From: an uncultured Chloroflexia bacterium
Lineage (GTDB): Bacteria; Chloroflexota; Limnocylindria; Limnocylindrales; CSP1-4
Direction of reading: 5' to 3'
Assembly: GCA_963720825.1 (NCBI GenBank)
Contig: CAVRGY010000009.1
Location: 155,665 to 219,664 of the forward strand
DNA length: 64,000 nucleotides
Positions 21,040 to 29,148 of this stretch are shown here, in pieces (positions within the stretch are counted from its first letter, which is position 1; each line of letters opens with the position of its first letter). The notes below the pieces were generated by a model. It saw only the letters and a list, made by a program, of their open reading frames with translations, ran no database searches and was not told the DNA's origin. The position numbers were made by a program, and so were the translations under genes.

Positions 21040-21370
21040 GTGCCCGACGGCCAGTCCGACCATCTCCACGCACGTGCTCGATACCGCGAGCGGCCGTCCC
21101 GCGCCCGGGATCGCCGTCCGCTGCTGGCGGCTGGACGGCGACGCAGCCGAGGCGGTGGGCGACGGCGTGACCGACGACGACGGCCGGATCCGCGACCTGC
21201 TGGGCGGCGTGCCGCTGGTACCCGGCCTGTACCGGCTGTCGTTCGACCTGGGATCCGGGCGCTTCTTCGAGCGCGTCACGCTCGAGGTCCGGATCGACGA
21301 CGCCGCCCGGAGCCACCACGTCCCGCTGCTGCTGGCGCCGTACGGGCTGACGACCTACCGCGGCTCCTGA
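21040..21370 (+). CDS. uraH: 5-hydroxyisourate hydrolase (transthyretin-like), probable frame break near 21058
   Basis: 'ISTHVLDTASGRPAPGIAV' through the C-terminal 'YRGS*' signature is in the frame of ORF 19640..21370. That frame has no start codon. GTG 21040 (GGAGGA 4 nt upstream) is one frame off. Confidence 0.75.
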
Positions 21371-21373
21371 CGC

Positions 21374-21921
21374 GTGGGGTCCGCGGCAGCCCGGCCCGGT
21401 TCCATCGAGCATCGCCGAGCTCGACGCGCTCGACGGTCCCGCCTGCGCCGACGGCGCTGGCGCCGCTGTTCGAGGGCGCGCCACGGTTCCTGGCCCGGCT
21501 CGCGGCCGCCCGCCCGTTCGGCGATGCGGCGACGCTGTTCGCGCGGGCGCGCGCGATCGCCCACGCGATGCCGGAGCCCGAGCAGGTCGAGCTGATCGAC
21601 GCCCACCCCCCGCTGGGTGCGCCGCCCGGGTCCGTCTCGGCGCTGTCGTTCCGCGAGCAGGGCTACGACAACGAGCGCGCGGAGGCGGCCGCCGATACGG
21701 AGCGGGTTCGCGTGGCGACGGAGCTGGCACGGCTCAATGCCGCCTACGAGCGTCGGTTCGGGTTCCGCTACTGCGTGTTCGTCGCCGGCCGGCCACGCGC
21801 GGCGCTGCTGCCCGAGATGGCGGCGGCGCTGCAGGGGGACCGGGAGCCCGAGCTGCAGCGTGCCCTGGACGCGGTGATCGACATCGCCGCCGACCGCTAC
21901 CGGACGCTCGGCCCGCGCTGA
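21374..21921 (+). CDS. uraD: OHCU decarboxylase, at least 2 frame breaks in the first ~90 nt
   Basis: 'LAPLFEGAPRFLARLAAARPF', 'ELIDAHPPLG', 'FREQGYD' and 'YERRFGFRYCVFVAGR' are present. The N-terminal 'IAELDALDGPA' lies in a different frame. The start was taken as GTG 21374. Confidence 0.7.
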
Positions 21922-21937
21922 CCCGTTCGGGCACGGC

Positions 21938-22520
21938 TCAGTCCGAGCAGGTCCAGCTGATGGTTCCCGACTCGGTGCCGGACTGCGGCGCCGATGTCGG
22001 ACAGCTCCGAGAACGACCCCTGGCCCGAGCCGTCCGCGTTGAGCGTCACGGTCGAGGTCCCGGTCGTGCCGCGGACGAACGTGTCGTCGCCGATCACCAG
22101 CGAGCCCAGGCTGTCGGCATAGGTCGCCGGGCCGTGGAAGTCCGCCGTCGAGACCATGAACGCGAAGGTCAGGCTCTTGCCGCCGATCTGCGTGTCGGCA
22201 CCGGCGGGCGGACCCGGGCTCAGCCAGGACCCGACCCCGGTCGGGTTGAACGTCGCGTACTCCGTGCACGAGGCGTAGCCGGTGCCGGTGTCGTTGTCGA
22301 CGAATGAGCCCTGGACGTTGTCGTCGCCGGTGAAGTCGACCTGGACGTTGAAGATGACCTGCCCGCTACCCCCGACGTCCCCGGTGGCCTGGTCCGGCTG
22401 GCTTGCCGCCGGACTTGCCGACGGACCGGACCCGCACCCGGCCAGTGCGATCACCAGTGCCGCAGCGATGATCGAACCACGCAGGCGTCCGACGGTAAGC
22501 ACGTCTTCCCTCCGGGACAT
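21938..22520 (-). CDS. lipoprotein of unknown function, one frame break near 21985
   Basis: The lipobox is 'VIALAGC'. The mature part is Gly/Thr/Asp-rich. The likely true C-terminus 'GTESGTISWTCSD*' is in another frame and ends at TGA 21940..21938. Confidence 0.55.
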
Positions 22521-22762
22521 TCAAGGGGTGGATGCGCGTCGGCCGGAGCATAGGACTCGCGTCGCATTCCCGCAGATTCGGGCCCGATCGGGCCCCGCCG
22601 GGAGCGGCGAGGACGCTGTGCGCGGGCCAACCCGATAGACTTCGGGCACCGGAGGATTCTCGCCGCGGGCGCGGATCGCTCCTCGCGGCACGTCACACCG
22701 ATCCGGCCGCCCGGGGGCATCGATCTCGCGCACCGACAGGCACACACCAGCGGAGGGAACGC

Positions 22763-24424
22763 GTGGAGAATCCGGTCATCGTCGCGATCGACGACGATCC
22801 GCAGGTCCTGCGAGCCGTCGAGCGCGACCTGCGCAGCCGGTTCGGGTCGGCCTACCGGATCGTCGCCGCGGACAGCGGCGCGACCGCTCTGGACGTGGTC
22901 CGGCGGCTCAAGCTGCGCAGCTCCGCCGTCGCGCTGTTCCTGGCCGACCAGCGAATGCCGGGCATGACCGGGGTCGAGTTCCTGACCGCGGCGCGCGAGA
23001 TCTACCCGGACGCAAAGCGGGTGCTGCTGACCGCGTACGCGGACACCGAGGTGGCGATCACCGCGATCAACACGATCCAGCTCGACCACTACCTGCTCAA
23101 GCCCTGGGACCCGCCCGAAGACAAGCTATACCCGGTCCTCGAGGACGTGCTCGACGACTGGCAGGCGGGCTTCCTGCCGCCGTTCGAGGGCGTGCGCGTC
23201 ATCAGCCATCGCTGGTCCGCCCGCGCGCACGAGATCAAGGACTACCTTGCCCGCAACCAGATCCCATACCGCTGGCTGGACGTCGAGATCGAGCCCGAGG
23301 CGTCCGAGCTGGCGGTCAGCGCCGAGGTGGACGCCGTCCGCCAGGTGATGGTCGTGTTCGGCGACGGATCGCATCTCGTGGCGCCCACCAACGCCGAGAT
23401 CGCGGCCCACGTCGGGCTGCGGACGCACGCCGCGCTGCCCTACTACGACCTGGTGATCGTGGGCGGCGGACCATCCGGCCTCGCCGCCGCGGTCTACGGC
23501 GCCTCGGAGGGCCTCAAGACCCTGATGATCGAGCGCGAGGCTCCGGGCGGGCAGGCCGGGACCACGTCGCGGATCGACAACTACCTGGGCTTCCCGGTCG
23601 GCCTGTCGGGCGCCGATCTTGCCCGCCGGGCGGTGGCCCAGGCCACCCGGCTGGGTGCCGAGATCCTGACCCCGCAGGAGGTCGTCGGGGTCACGGTCGA
23701 GGACCCGTACAAGGTGGTCAAGCTGGTCGACGGCTCCCAGTTGAGCTGCCAGGCGCTGCTGGTCGCGACGGGCGTCGAATACCGCAAGCTCAACCTTCCC
23801 GACGCCGACCGGCTGGCGGGATCCGGCATCTACTACGGCGGCGCGACCACCGAGGCGACCTTCTACCGGGGCGAGCGCGTGGCGGTGATGGGCGGCGGCA
23901 ACTCCGCCGGCCAGGCCGCGGTCTGGCTGGCGCGGTTCGCCGAGCACGTCACGGTCCTCATCCGCGGTGACTCGTTGTCGGCGGGGATGTCCGCCTATCT
24001 CGTCGACCAGATCGCGGCCACCCCGAACATCACGGTCCGCACCGGCGTCAACGTGGCGGCCATCCACGGCGGCGAGACGCTCGAGGGGATCGACATCGTG
24101 GCCAAGGCCGGCGGATCGCAGGAGCGGCTGGACGTCGCCGCGATGTTCGTGTTCATCGGGCAGGCGCCGCGCACGGACTGGCTGGGCGACCTGGTCGAGC
24201 GCGACGACAGCGGCTTCGTGCTGACCGGCGTCGATCTCAAGCGTGTCGGCGACCACCCGAGGGGCTGGCCGCTGGCCCGGGAGCCGTACATGCTCGAGAC
24301 GAACGTGCCGGGGATCTTCTGCGCGGGCGATGTTCGCGCGGCCTCCGTCAAGCGGATCGCCTCGTCGGTCGGCGAGGGGGCGATGGCCGTGCGCTTCGTC
24401 CACCAGCATCTCGCCGACCTGTGA
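22763..24424 (+). CDS. response-regulator receiver fused to a Cys-less Grx-like linker and a thioredoxin-reductase-like flavoprotein
   Basis: GTG 22763 follows GGAGGG. The REC domain has 'IDDD', 'LFLADQRMPGMTG', 'LLTAYAD' and 'LLKPW'. The FAD domain has 'VIVGGGPSGLAAA'. The NAD(P) site is 'VAVMGGGNSAGQAA'. 'FCAGDV' is also present. Confidence 0.85.
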   Translation: MENPVIVAIDDDPQVLRAVERDLRSRFGSAYRIVAADSGATALDVVRRLKLRSSAVALFLADQRMPGMTGVEFLTAAREIYPDAKRVLLTAYADTEVAITAINTIQLDHYLLKPWDPPEDKLYPVLEDVLDDWQAGFLPPFEGVRVISHRWSARAHEIKDYLARNQIPYRWLDVEIEPEASELAVSAEVDAVRQVMVVFGDGSHLVAPTNAEIAAHVGLRTHAALPYYDLVIVGGGPSGLAAAVYGASEGLKTLMIEREAPGGQAGTTSRIDNYLGFPVGLSGADLARRAVAQATRLGAEILTPQEVVGVTVEDPYKVVKLVDGSQLSCQALLVATGVEYRKLNLPDADRLAGSGIYYGGATTEATFYRGERVAVMGGGNSAGQAAVWLARFAEHVTVLIRGDSLSAGMSAYLVDQIAATPNITVRTGVNVAAIHGGETLEGIDIVAKAGGSQERLDVAAMFVFIGQAPRTDWLGDLVERDDSGFVLTGVDLKRVGDHPRGWPLAREPYMLETNVPGIFCAGDVRAASVKRIASSVGEGAMAVRFVHQHLADL

Positions 24425-24434
24425 CCCGCCGCCC

Positions 24435-25841
24435 GTGACGATCGACGATTCGGACCGCGCGCTGCTGCGCCGGGCACCCCTGTTCGCGGAGCTGTCCGAG
24501 GACGACCTCACCGGGGTTGCCGACACCGGGGAGCCCGTCGAGCTGGCACCGGGCGAGCAGCTGGCCGGCGAGGGCGAGCCGGGCGACGCGATGTTCGTGA
24601 TCGTGTCGGGCGAGCTCCAGGTCGTGAAGCGGTCCCGCACGTCCGAGGTCCCGATCGCGGTCCTGGGGCCCGGCGAGATCGTGGGCGAGATGGCGATCTT
24701 CGAGGCGCAGCCGCGAAATGCCACGGTGCGGGCCGTCGAACAGACCCGGGTCATCCGGATCGCGCGCGACGAGATCCTCGCGATCCTGCAGACCCGGCCG
24801 TCGGTGACGCTGTCGATGCTGCGCACGATGATGGGCCGGTTGCGCAACACGGAGTCGATGCTCCGCGAGCAGGAGAAGCTGGCGGCGCTGGGCACCCTGT
24901 CCGCGGGGCTCGCCCACGAGCTGAACAATCCCGCGGCCGCCGTGCAGCGCAGCGCCGCCCTCCTGGAGGACGGCCTCGACCGCTGGGCGGATGCCACCAG
25001 CGCGCTGGGAACCGTCGTCGACGACCAGCAGGACGCGGCGCATCTGGCGGACCTCGGCGCCCAGGTGGCGCGCCACGCCGGGACCGGGGAAGCGCTCGAT
25101 CCGCTTGACGCCAGCGACCGTGCCTGGGAGCTGGAGACGTTCCTCGCCGAGCGCGGCGTCGCCGACGCCGGGGAGCTCGCACCGGCGCTGGTCACGGGTG
25201 GCTGGGAGCGATCGCACCTCGAGCGGATCGAGGCGGAGTTCCCGGGCGAGGCGCTCGGTCCGATCCTGTCCTGGGTCGCCGCCGGCAGCGCGGTCCACGC
25301 GCTCGTGGACGAGGTCGCGACCGGTGCCCGGCGGATCTCCGAGATCGTCAAGGCGGTCAAGGAGTATTCGTTCATGGACCAGGCCCCGGTCCAGCAGGTG
25401 GACGTCCGGTCCGGGCTCGACAACACGCTGGTGATCCTGCGCGCCAAGACCAAGGCGGGGATCACCGTCACCCGCGACTACCAGCCGGACCTGCCCGAGA
25501 TCGAGGCGTTCGGCAGCGAGCTCAACCAGGTCTGGACGAACATCCTGGACAACGCGATCGGCGCCATGGACGGACGCGGCGAGATCCGGATCCGGGCGTT
25601 CGTTCGCAACACCGACCTGGTCGTCGAGATCTGCGACAGCGGGCCGGGGATGCCGCCCGAGGTCCGGGAGCGGATCTTCGAGCCCTTCTACACGACCAAG
25701 CCGCCCGGCAGCGGGACCGGGCTCGGCCTCCACATCTCGCACAACGTGGTCGCCCGCCACGGCGGCCGGATCAACGTCCGGTCAAAGCCCGGCGAGACGT
25801 GCTTCGAGGTCTGCCTGCCCCTGGAGCGCCGCAAGCCGTAG
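24435..25841 (+). CDS. soluble histidine kinase with N-terminal cyclic-nucleotide-binding domain
   Basis: GTG 24435 lies 11 nt after the upstream stop. The cNMP domain has 'GEIVGEMAIF..PRNATVRA'. The H-box is 'LSAGLAHELNNP', the N-box 'NILDNAIGA', G1 'DSGPGM' and G2 'GSGTGLGL'. I saw no hydrophobic TM segment. Confidence 0.85.
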   Translation: MTIDDSDRALLRRAPLFAELSEDDLTGVADTGEPVELAPGEQLAGEGEPGDAMFVIVSGELQVVKRSRTSEVPIAVLGPGEIVGEMAIFEAQPRNATVRAVEQTRVIRIARDEILAILQTRPSVTLSMLRTMMGRLRNTESMLREQEKLAALGTLSAGLAHELNNPAAAVQRSAALLEDGLDRWADATSALGTVVDDQQDAAHLADLGAQVARHAGTGEALDPLDASDRAWELETFLAERGVADAGELAPALVTGGWERSHLERIEAEFPGEALGPILSWVAAGSAVHALVDEVATGARRISEIVKAVKEYSFMDQAPVQQVDVRSGLDNTLVILRAKTKAGITVTRDYQPDLPEIEAFGSELNQVWTNILDNAIGAMDGRGEIRIRAFVRNTDLVVEICDSGPGMPPEVRERIFEPFYTTKPPGSGTGLGLHISHNVVARHGGRINVRSKPGETCFEVCLPLERRKP

Positions 25842-25888
25842 CGTCCGGAGCGGCGGAGCCGGTCGACACGGGGACGCGGTCGGGTCTC

Positions 25889-25903
25889 GGCCCGCCGCGG
25901 GCC
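25889..25903. terminator. short GC hairpin between convergent genes
   Basis: 'GGCCCG-ccg-CGGGCC' forms a 6-bp stem between the stops at 25841 (+) and 25909 (-). There is no U-tract. Confidence 0.25.
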
Positions 25904-25908
25904 ACTTA

Positions 25909-27073
25909 CTAAGCGTCGGGCTGGCCACCCACGCGGCGGCGGACCCGCTGGACCGCGAGGTACCGCTCGCGATCGATGCCCTCGGGGACTCCGCCACCGT
26001 CCATGAACACGAAGCGGCCCTGGCGGCCCGCGATCTCGACCGATTGGCGCAGGCCGGCCTCGATCTCGTCCAGCCCCCGCTCGTACAGGAACTTGTCGAT
26101 CCCGCCGCCGACCAGGGTCAGCCGCGGATGCCGCTCCAGGATCGCGGCAAGGTCCATCCCGTCGGTGCGGTCAACGGGGTTGAGCATGTCCACCCCGGTC
26201 CCGACGATGTCGTCGAGGATGGCGTTGATGTTGCCGTGGCAGTGCATGTGGAGCACCCCGCCACCGGCGTGGACCTCCTCGGCAAGGGCCGCGTGCAAGG
26301 GCCGGAAGTACCGCCGGTAGAGCGCCGGGCTGATCAGCAGGTTCGCGGTCGCACCGAGATCGTCGCAGAACCCGATGCAGTCGACCCCGGCCTCGAGCAT
26401 GTGGCGGGCCGCTCGCATGTTCCAGTCGCCCAGGCGGGCGAGCAGTCGCTCCGCGAGCTCGGGTTCGAGGAGCAGGTTCGCGAGCCAGTCCTGGTAGTCG
26501 CAGAAGAAGTAGTGGCCCCCGGAGAAGTAGCCGTTGACCCAGCCCACCGTGTACTCGCCGGCGGCCTTGAGGTACGCCACGTCGGCCGCGAAGCCCGCCC
26601 ACCGGGCCGGGTCGTCGGGATCGGGCAGCTCGAGCCGGTCGAGGTCGTCGAGCGTCGTGACCGGACGGACGAGCTGGTGCTTGTACTGGGGCGTGATGTT
26701 GTGAAGGTCGCGCGCCCCCGTCTCGTACTCGACCACGAACGAACCGGGCGAGCGCTCCACGACCCGGCTGTTGAACTCGCCCGGCCCCGCGTGCCCGAAG
26801 CAGAAGTTCGCACCTCGCCCGACGCCCGTGGCGACCTGGTCGGTGAAGCGGTTGTAGCGGATCACCGTGTCCAGCTCCGCGGGCTCGTGTGCCGCGAAGC
26901 CGTACACGCCGTCCGGGGGGATGTAGTAGAGGTCCGGCGGGCACGAGCTCCGGCGGCACCAGGCGGCGGGCATCTGCCTCGGTGTTGAACCCGATGTTCC
27001 AGAACGGGATGTAGTCCGGTCGTTCTCCGGCGAGGGTCGCCGCCATCCGCTCACGATTGCTCAACGTTGGCAT
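25909..27073 (-). CDS. uroporphyrinogen decarboxylase (URO-D) family protein, one frame break near 26940
   Basis: The N-terminus 'MPTLSNRERMAATLAGERPDYIPFWNIGFNTE' is in ORF 26171..27073. The remainder ('DCIGFCDDLG', 'VLHMHCHGN', 'MLNPVD') is in ORF 25909..27054. Confidence 0.7.
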
Positions 27074-27113
27074 TCAGGCCTTCCCTCGGGTCCGGGGAAC
27101 GACCGGCACCTCG

Positions 27114-27148
27114 CCGGTGGGGCGCACCGCAGGTCCGGTGGGGCGCAC
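27114..27148. repeat. tandem 14-bp perfect direct repeat, 21-bp period
   Basis: 'CCGGTGGGGCGCAC' occurs at 27114-27127 and again at 27135-27148. The site is in the divergent intergenic region between the URO-D-like and CPBP genes. Confidence 0.6.
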
Positions 27149-27277
27149 GACGAGTCTAGCCGGTCGTCATGGCTGCGCGCGCTCCCGACGGCAGTTCGGA
27201 AGGCCCTCGGGGGGAATACCTCTGGCACCTCTCGACCTCCCCGGGGCGGCCTACGCTCCGGTTCTGTGGAGGTGCCC

Positions 27278-27892
27278 ATGTCCGTGGAGGAGCCGGCGGG
27301 GCCGGACGCCCCGACGCTGGTCCAGTCGGTGATCGTCGAGCTCGCGTTCGGGCTGATCGGGATCGTGCTGATCGTGGTCACCGGCCATTCGCTGGCCGAC
27401 GCCTTCGACACGCCCGTCGAGCCGCTCCTCGCCGTGGCGGCGGGGATCGTCCTCGGCACGGCCCTGGGCGGCGCGTTCGGTCTGGGTGTGACTCGGCCGG
27501 TGTTCGCGGATCGTGTCCGTCCGTTCCTCACCCGGTTCACATCGGCCCGGCCCACGGCCGCCAACTTCGCGCTCATCGGCATTGCAGCGGCGCTGGGTGA
27601 GGAGACGCTGTTTCGCGCGGCGATCCAGCCCGTCGGCGGGATCCTGATCGCGTCGGTGCTGTTCATGCTCGCCCACAGCGTGATCGCCGACTTCCGCCAT
27701 CCGTCTCCGGGAAAGGTGGCTTATGCCGCGCTGGCGCTGGGGATGGGAATCCTGCTGGGCGTGCTCTATGATCGGCTCGGGATTGCGGCGTCGATGGGCG
27801 TCCACTTCGCATTCGACACGACGGCGCTGGTCATGATCCGGCCTCTGCTGCCCGCGAGGCAGCCGCGGCCGCTGACGTCCGCGCCGGCGTAG
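27278..27892 (+). CDS. CPBP-family intramembrane glutamic endopeptidase (CAAX protease-like)
   Basis: ATG 27278 has GGAGG 5 nt upstream. It carries 'GEETLFRAA', 'FMLAHS' and 'HFAFD' in hydrophobic segments. Confidence 0.75.
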   Translation: MSVEEPAGPDAPTLVQSVIVELAFGLIGIVLIVVTGHSLADAFDTPVEPLLAVAAGIVLGTALGGAFGLGVTRPVFADRVRPFLTRFTSARPTAANFALIGIAAALGEETLFRAAIQPVGGILIASVLFMLAHSVIADFRHPSPGKVAYAALALGMGILLGVLYDRLGIAASMGVHFAFDTTALVMIRPLLPARQPRPLTSAPA

Positions 27893-27920
27893 CCCTCGAC
27901 GGCGAGACCAACCGCGAACC

Positions 27921-28424
27921 GTGGACCCGACCTTCCAGCCCGAGGCGTGGCACGACTTCTACCTGATGGTAGGCGGCGCGGGCGCCGTGCTCACCGGGCT
28001 GATCTTCGTCGCCGTATCGATGCATCTCCGGATCGTGCTGCGGGATCCGTGGCACCGGGGTCGCGCCGGGTCGTCGCTGCTTGCGCTGATGAGCACGGTC
28101 CTCATCGCGGTCGCTGTGCTGATACCCGGCCAGGACCCGGTCGCCCTGGGCATCGAGGTGATCCTCATCGCACTGGCCAGCCCCGCGTACAGCATCCGCG
28201 GGCTGGCTCATCTGCCCCCGTCGGATCGGCTGGGCAGATCGGCCGAGCTCGTGGCAGGCATGGTGGGTGCCTTGCTGGCCGTGTTCGGCGGCGTCAGCCT
28301 GATCGCGCAGGCGGGTCCCGGCCTGTGGTTGCTGCTGCCGGGGGCGGCGATCGCGCTCGGCTCGTCCGTATGGAACGCCTGGCGGCTGATGGTCGACGTC
28401 GCCACGGACGACGAGGGCGCATAG
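27921..28424 (+). CDS. hypothetical integral membrane protein (about 5 TM)
   Basis: 167-aa ORF with a GTG start and strongly hydrophobic helices. I recognise no family. Confidence 0.5.
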   Translation: MDPTFQPEAWHDFYLMVGGAGAVLTGLIFVAVSMHLRIVLRDPWHRGRAGSSLLALMSTVLIAVAVLIPGQDPVALGIEVILIALASPAYSIRGLAHLPPSDRLGRSAELVAGMVGALLAVFGGVSLIAQAGPGLWLLLPGAAIALGSSVWNAWRLMVDVATDDEGA

Positions 28425-28449
28425 CTTGCGCGGGACCCGGAGTGCGGGG

Positions 28450-28476
28450 TCGCGAGGGCCCGGAACGGGCCCGCGA
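28450..28476 (+). terminator. GC-rich hairpin downstream of the membrane-protein gene
   Basis: 'TCGCGAGGGCCC-ggaac-GGGCCCGCGA' pairs about 10 bp with bulges, 26 nt after the stop. There is no U-tract. Confidence 0.3.
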
Positions 28477-28578
28477 TCGACGTTGCGGCATACTCACCCC
28501 CACTTGGCCCCCAAACGGAGACAGCTGCCATGACACGGGATCGACGAGCGCCTGACGCGTTCGCGGGAAGCGCCGATC

Positions 28579-29121
28579 GTGGGCGGGCTGCCCGATGTCC
28601 CGGGGATCGTCGCGGCGATCCAGCTGACGCCGGGTCTCGGGACGCACCTGCGCGGCCTCGCCGACGAGCTCCTGGTCAACGACTACCCGGGCACCACGCT
28701 CACCCGGGCCGACCGGGAGATGCTCGCGACGGCCGTCTCGGCGGCCAACGACTGCTTCTTCTGCATGGACTCGCACGGCGCACACGCGAGCGCGTTGCTC
28801 GAGCTGACGGGTGCGCCGGACGGGCTGCCCCTCATCGATGTGCTGAAGGCCGGGTCATCGGCTGGGTTCGGCGACAAGATGCAGGCCCTGCTCAATATCG
28901 CGCGAACGGTGCGAGGCCAGGCCCGCGACCTGACGGCGGCCGACGTCGACGCGGCGCTCGCGGCCGGCGCCACCGACGCGGACGTCCAGCTCGCGGTGCT
29001 CATCTCGGCCGCGTTCTCGATGTACAACCGGATGGTCGACGGGCTGAGAGCGAGGACTGCGCCCACCCCCGACGCCTATCGAGGCCGCGCCGCCGAGATC
29101 GCGGTCCGGGGGTACAGCTAG
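28579..29121 (+). CDS. AhpD-like/carboxymuconolactone decarboxylase family (peroxidase-related) protein
   Basis: 'ANDCFFCMDSH' is the AhpD-like CxxC motif. ATG 28530 has a GGAGA RBS but is one frame off, so the real start may be 28530 with a frame break. Confidence 0.65.
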   Translation: MGGLPDVPGIVAAIQLTPGLGTHLRGLADELLVNDYPGTTLTRADREMLATAVSAANDCFFCMDSHGAHASALLELTGAPDGLPLIDVLKAGSSAGFGDKMQALLNIARTVRGQARDLTAADVDAALAAGATDADVQLAVLISAAFSMYNRMVDGLRARTAPTPDAYRGRAAEIAVRGYS

Positions 29122-29148
29122 CACCGCGGGTCAGGGCCGGGAGACGAA

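Noticed and set aside
27057-27332. ORF 27057..27332 with the repeated peptide 'PVGRT', and the possibility of a CRISPR-like or minisatellite array.
   Set aside because: The peptide repeat is a by-product of the two-copy 14-bp DNA repeat. With only two copies and no spacer-repeat architecture, it is not a CRISPR array or a coding repeat.
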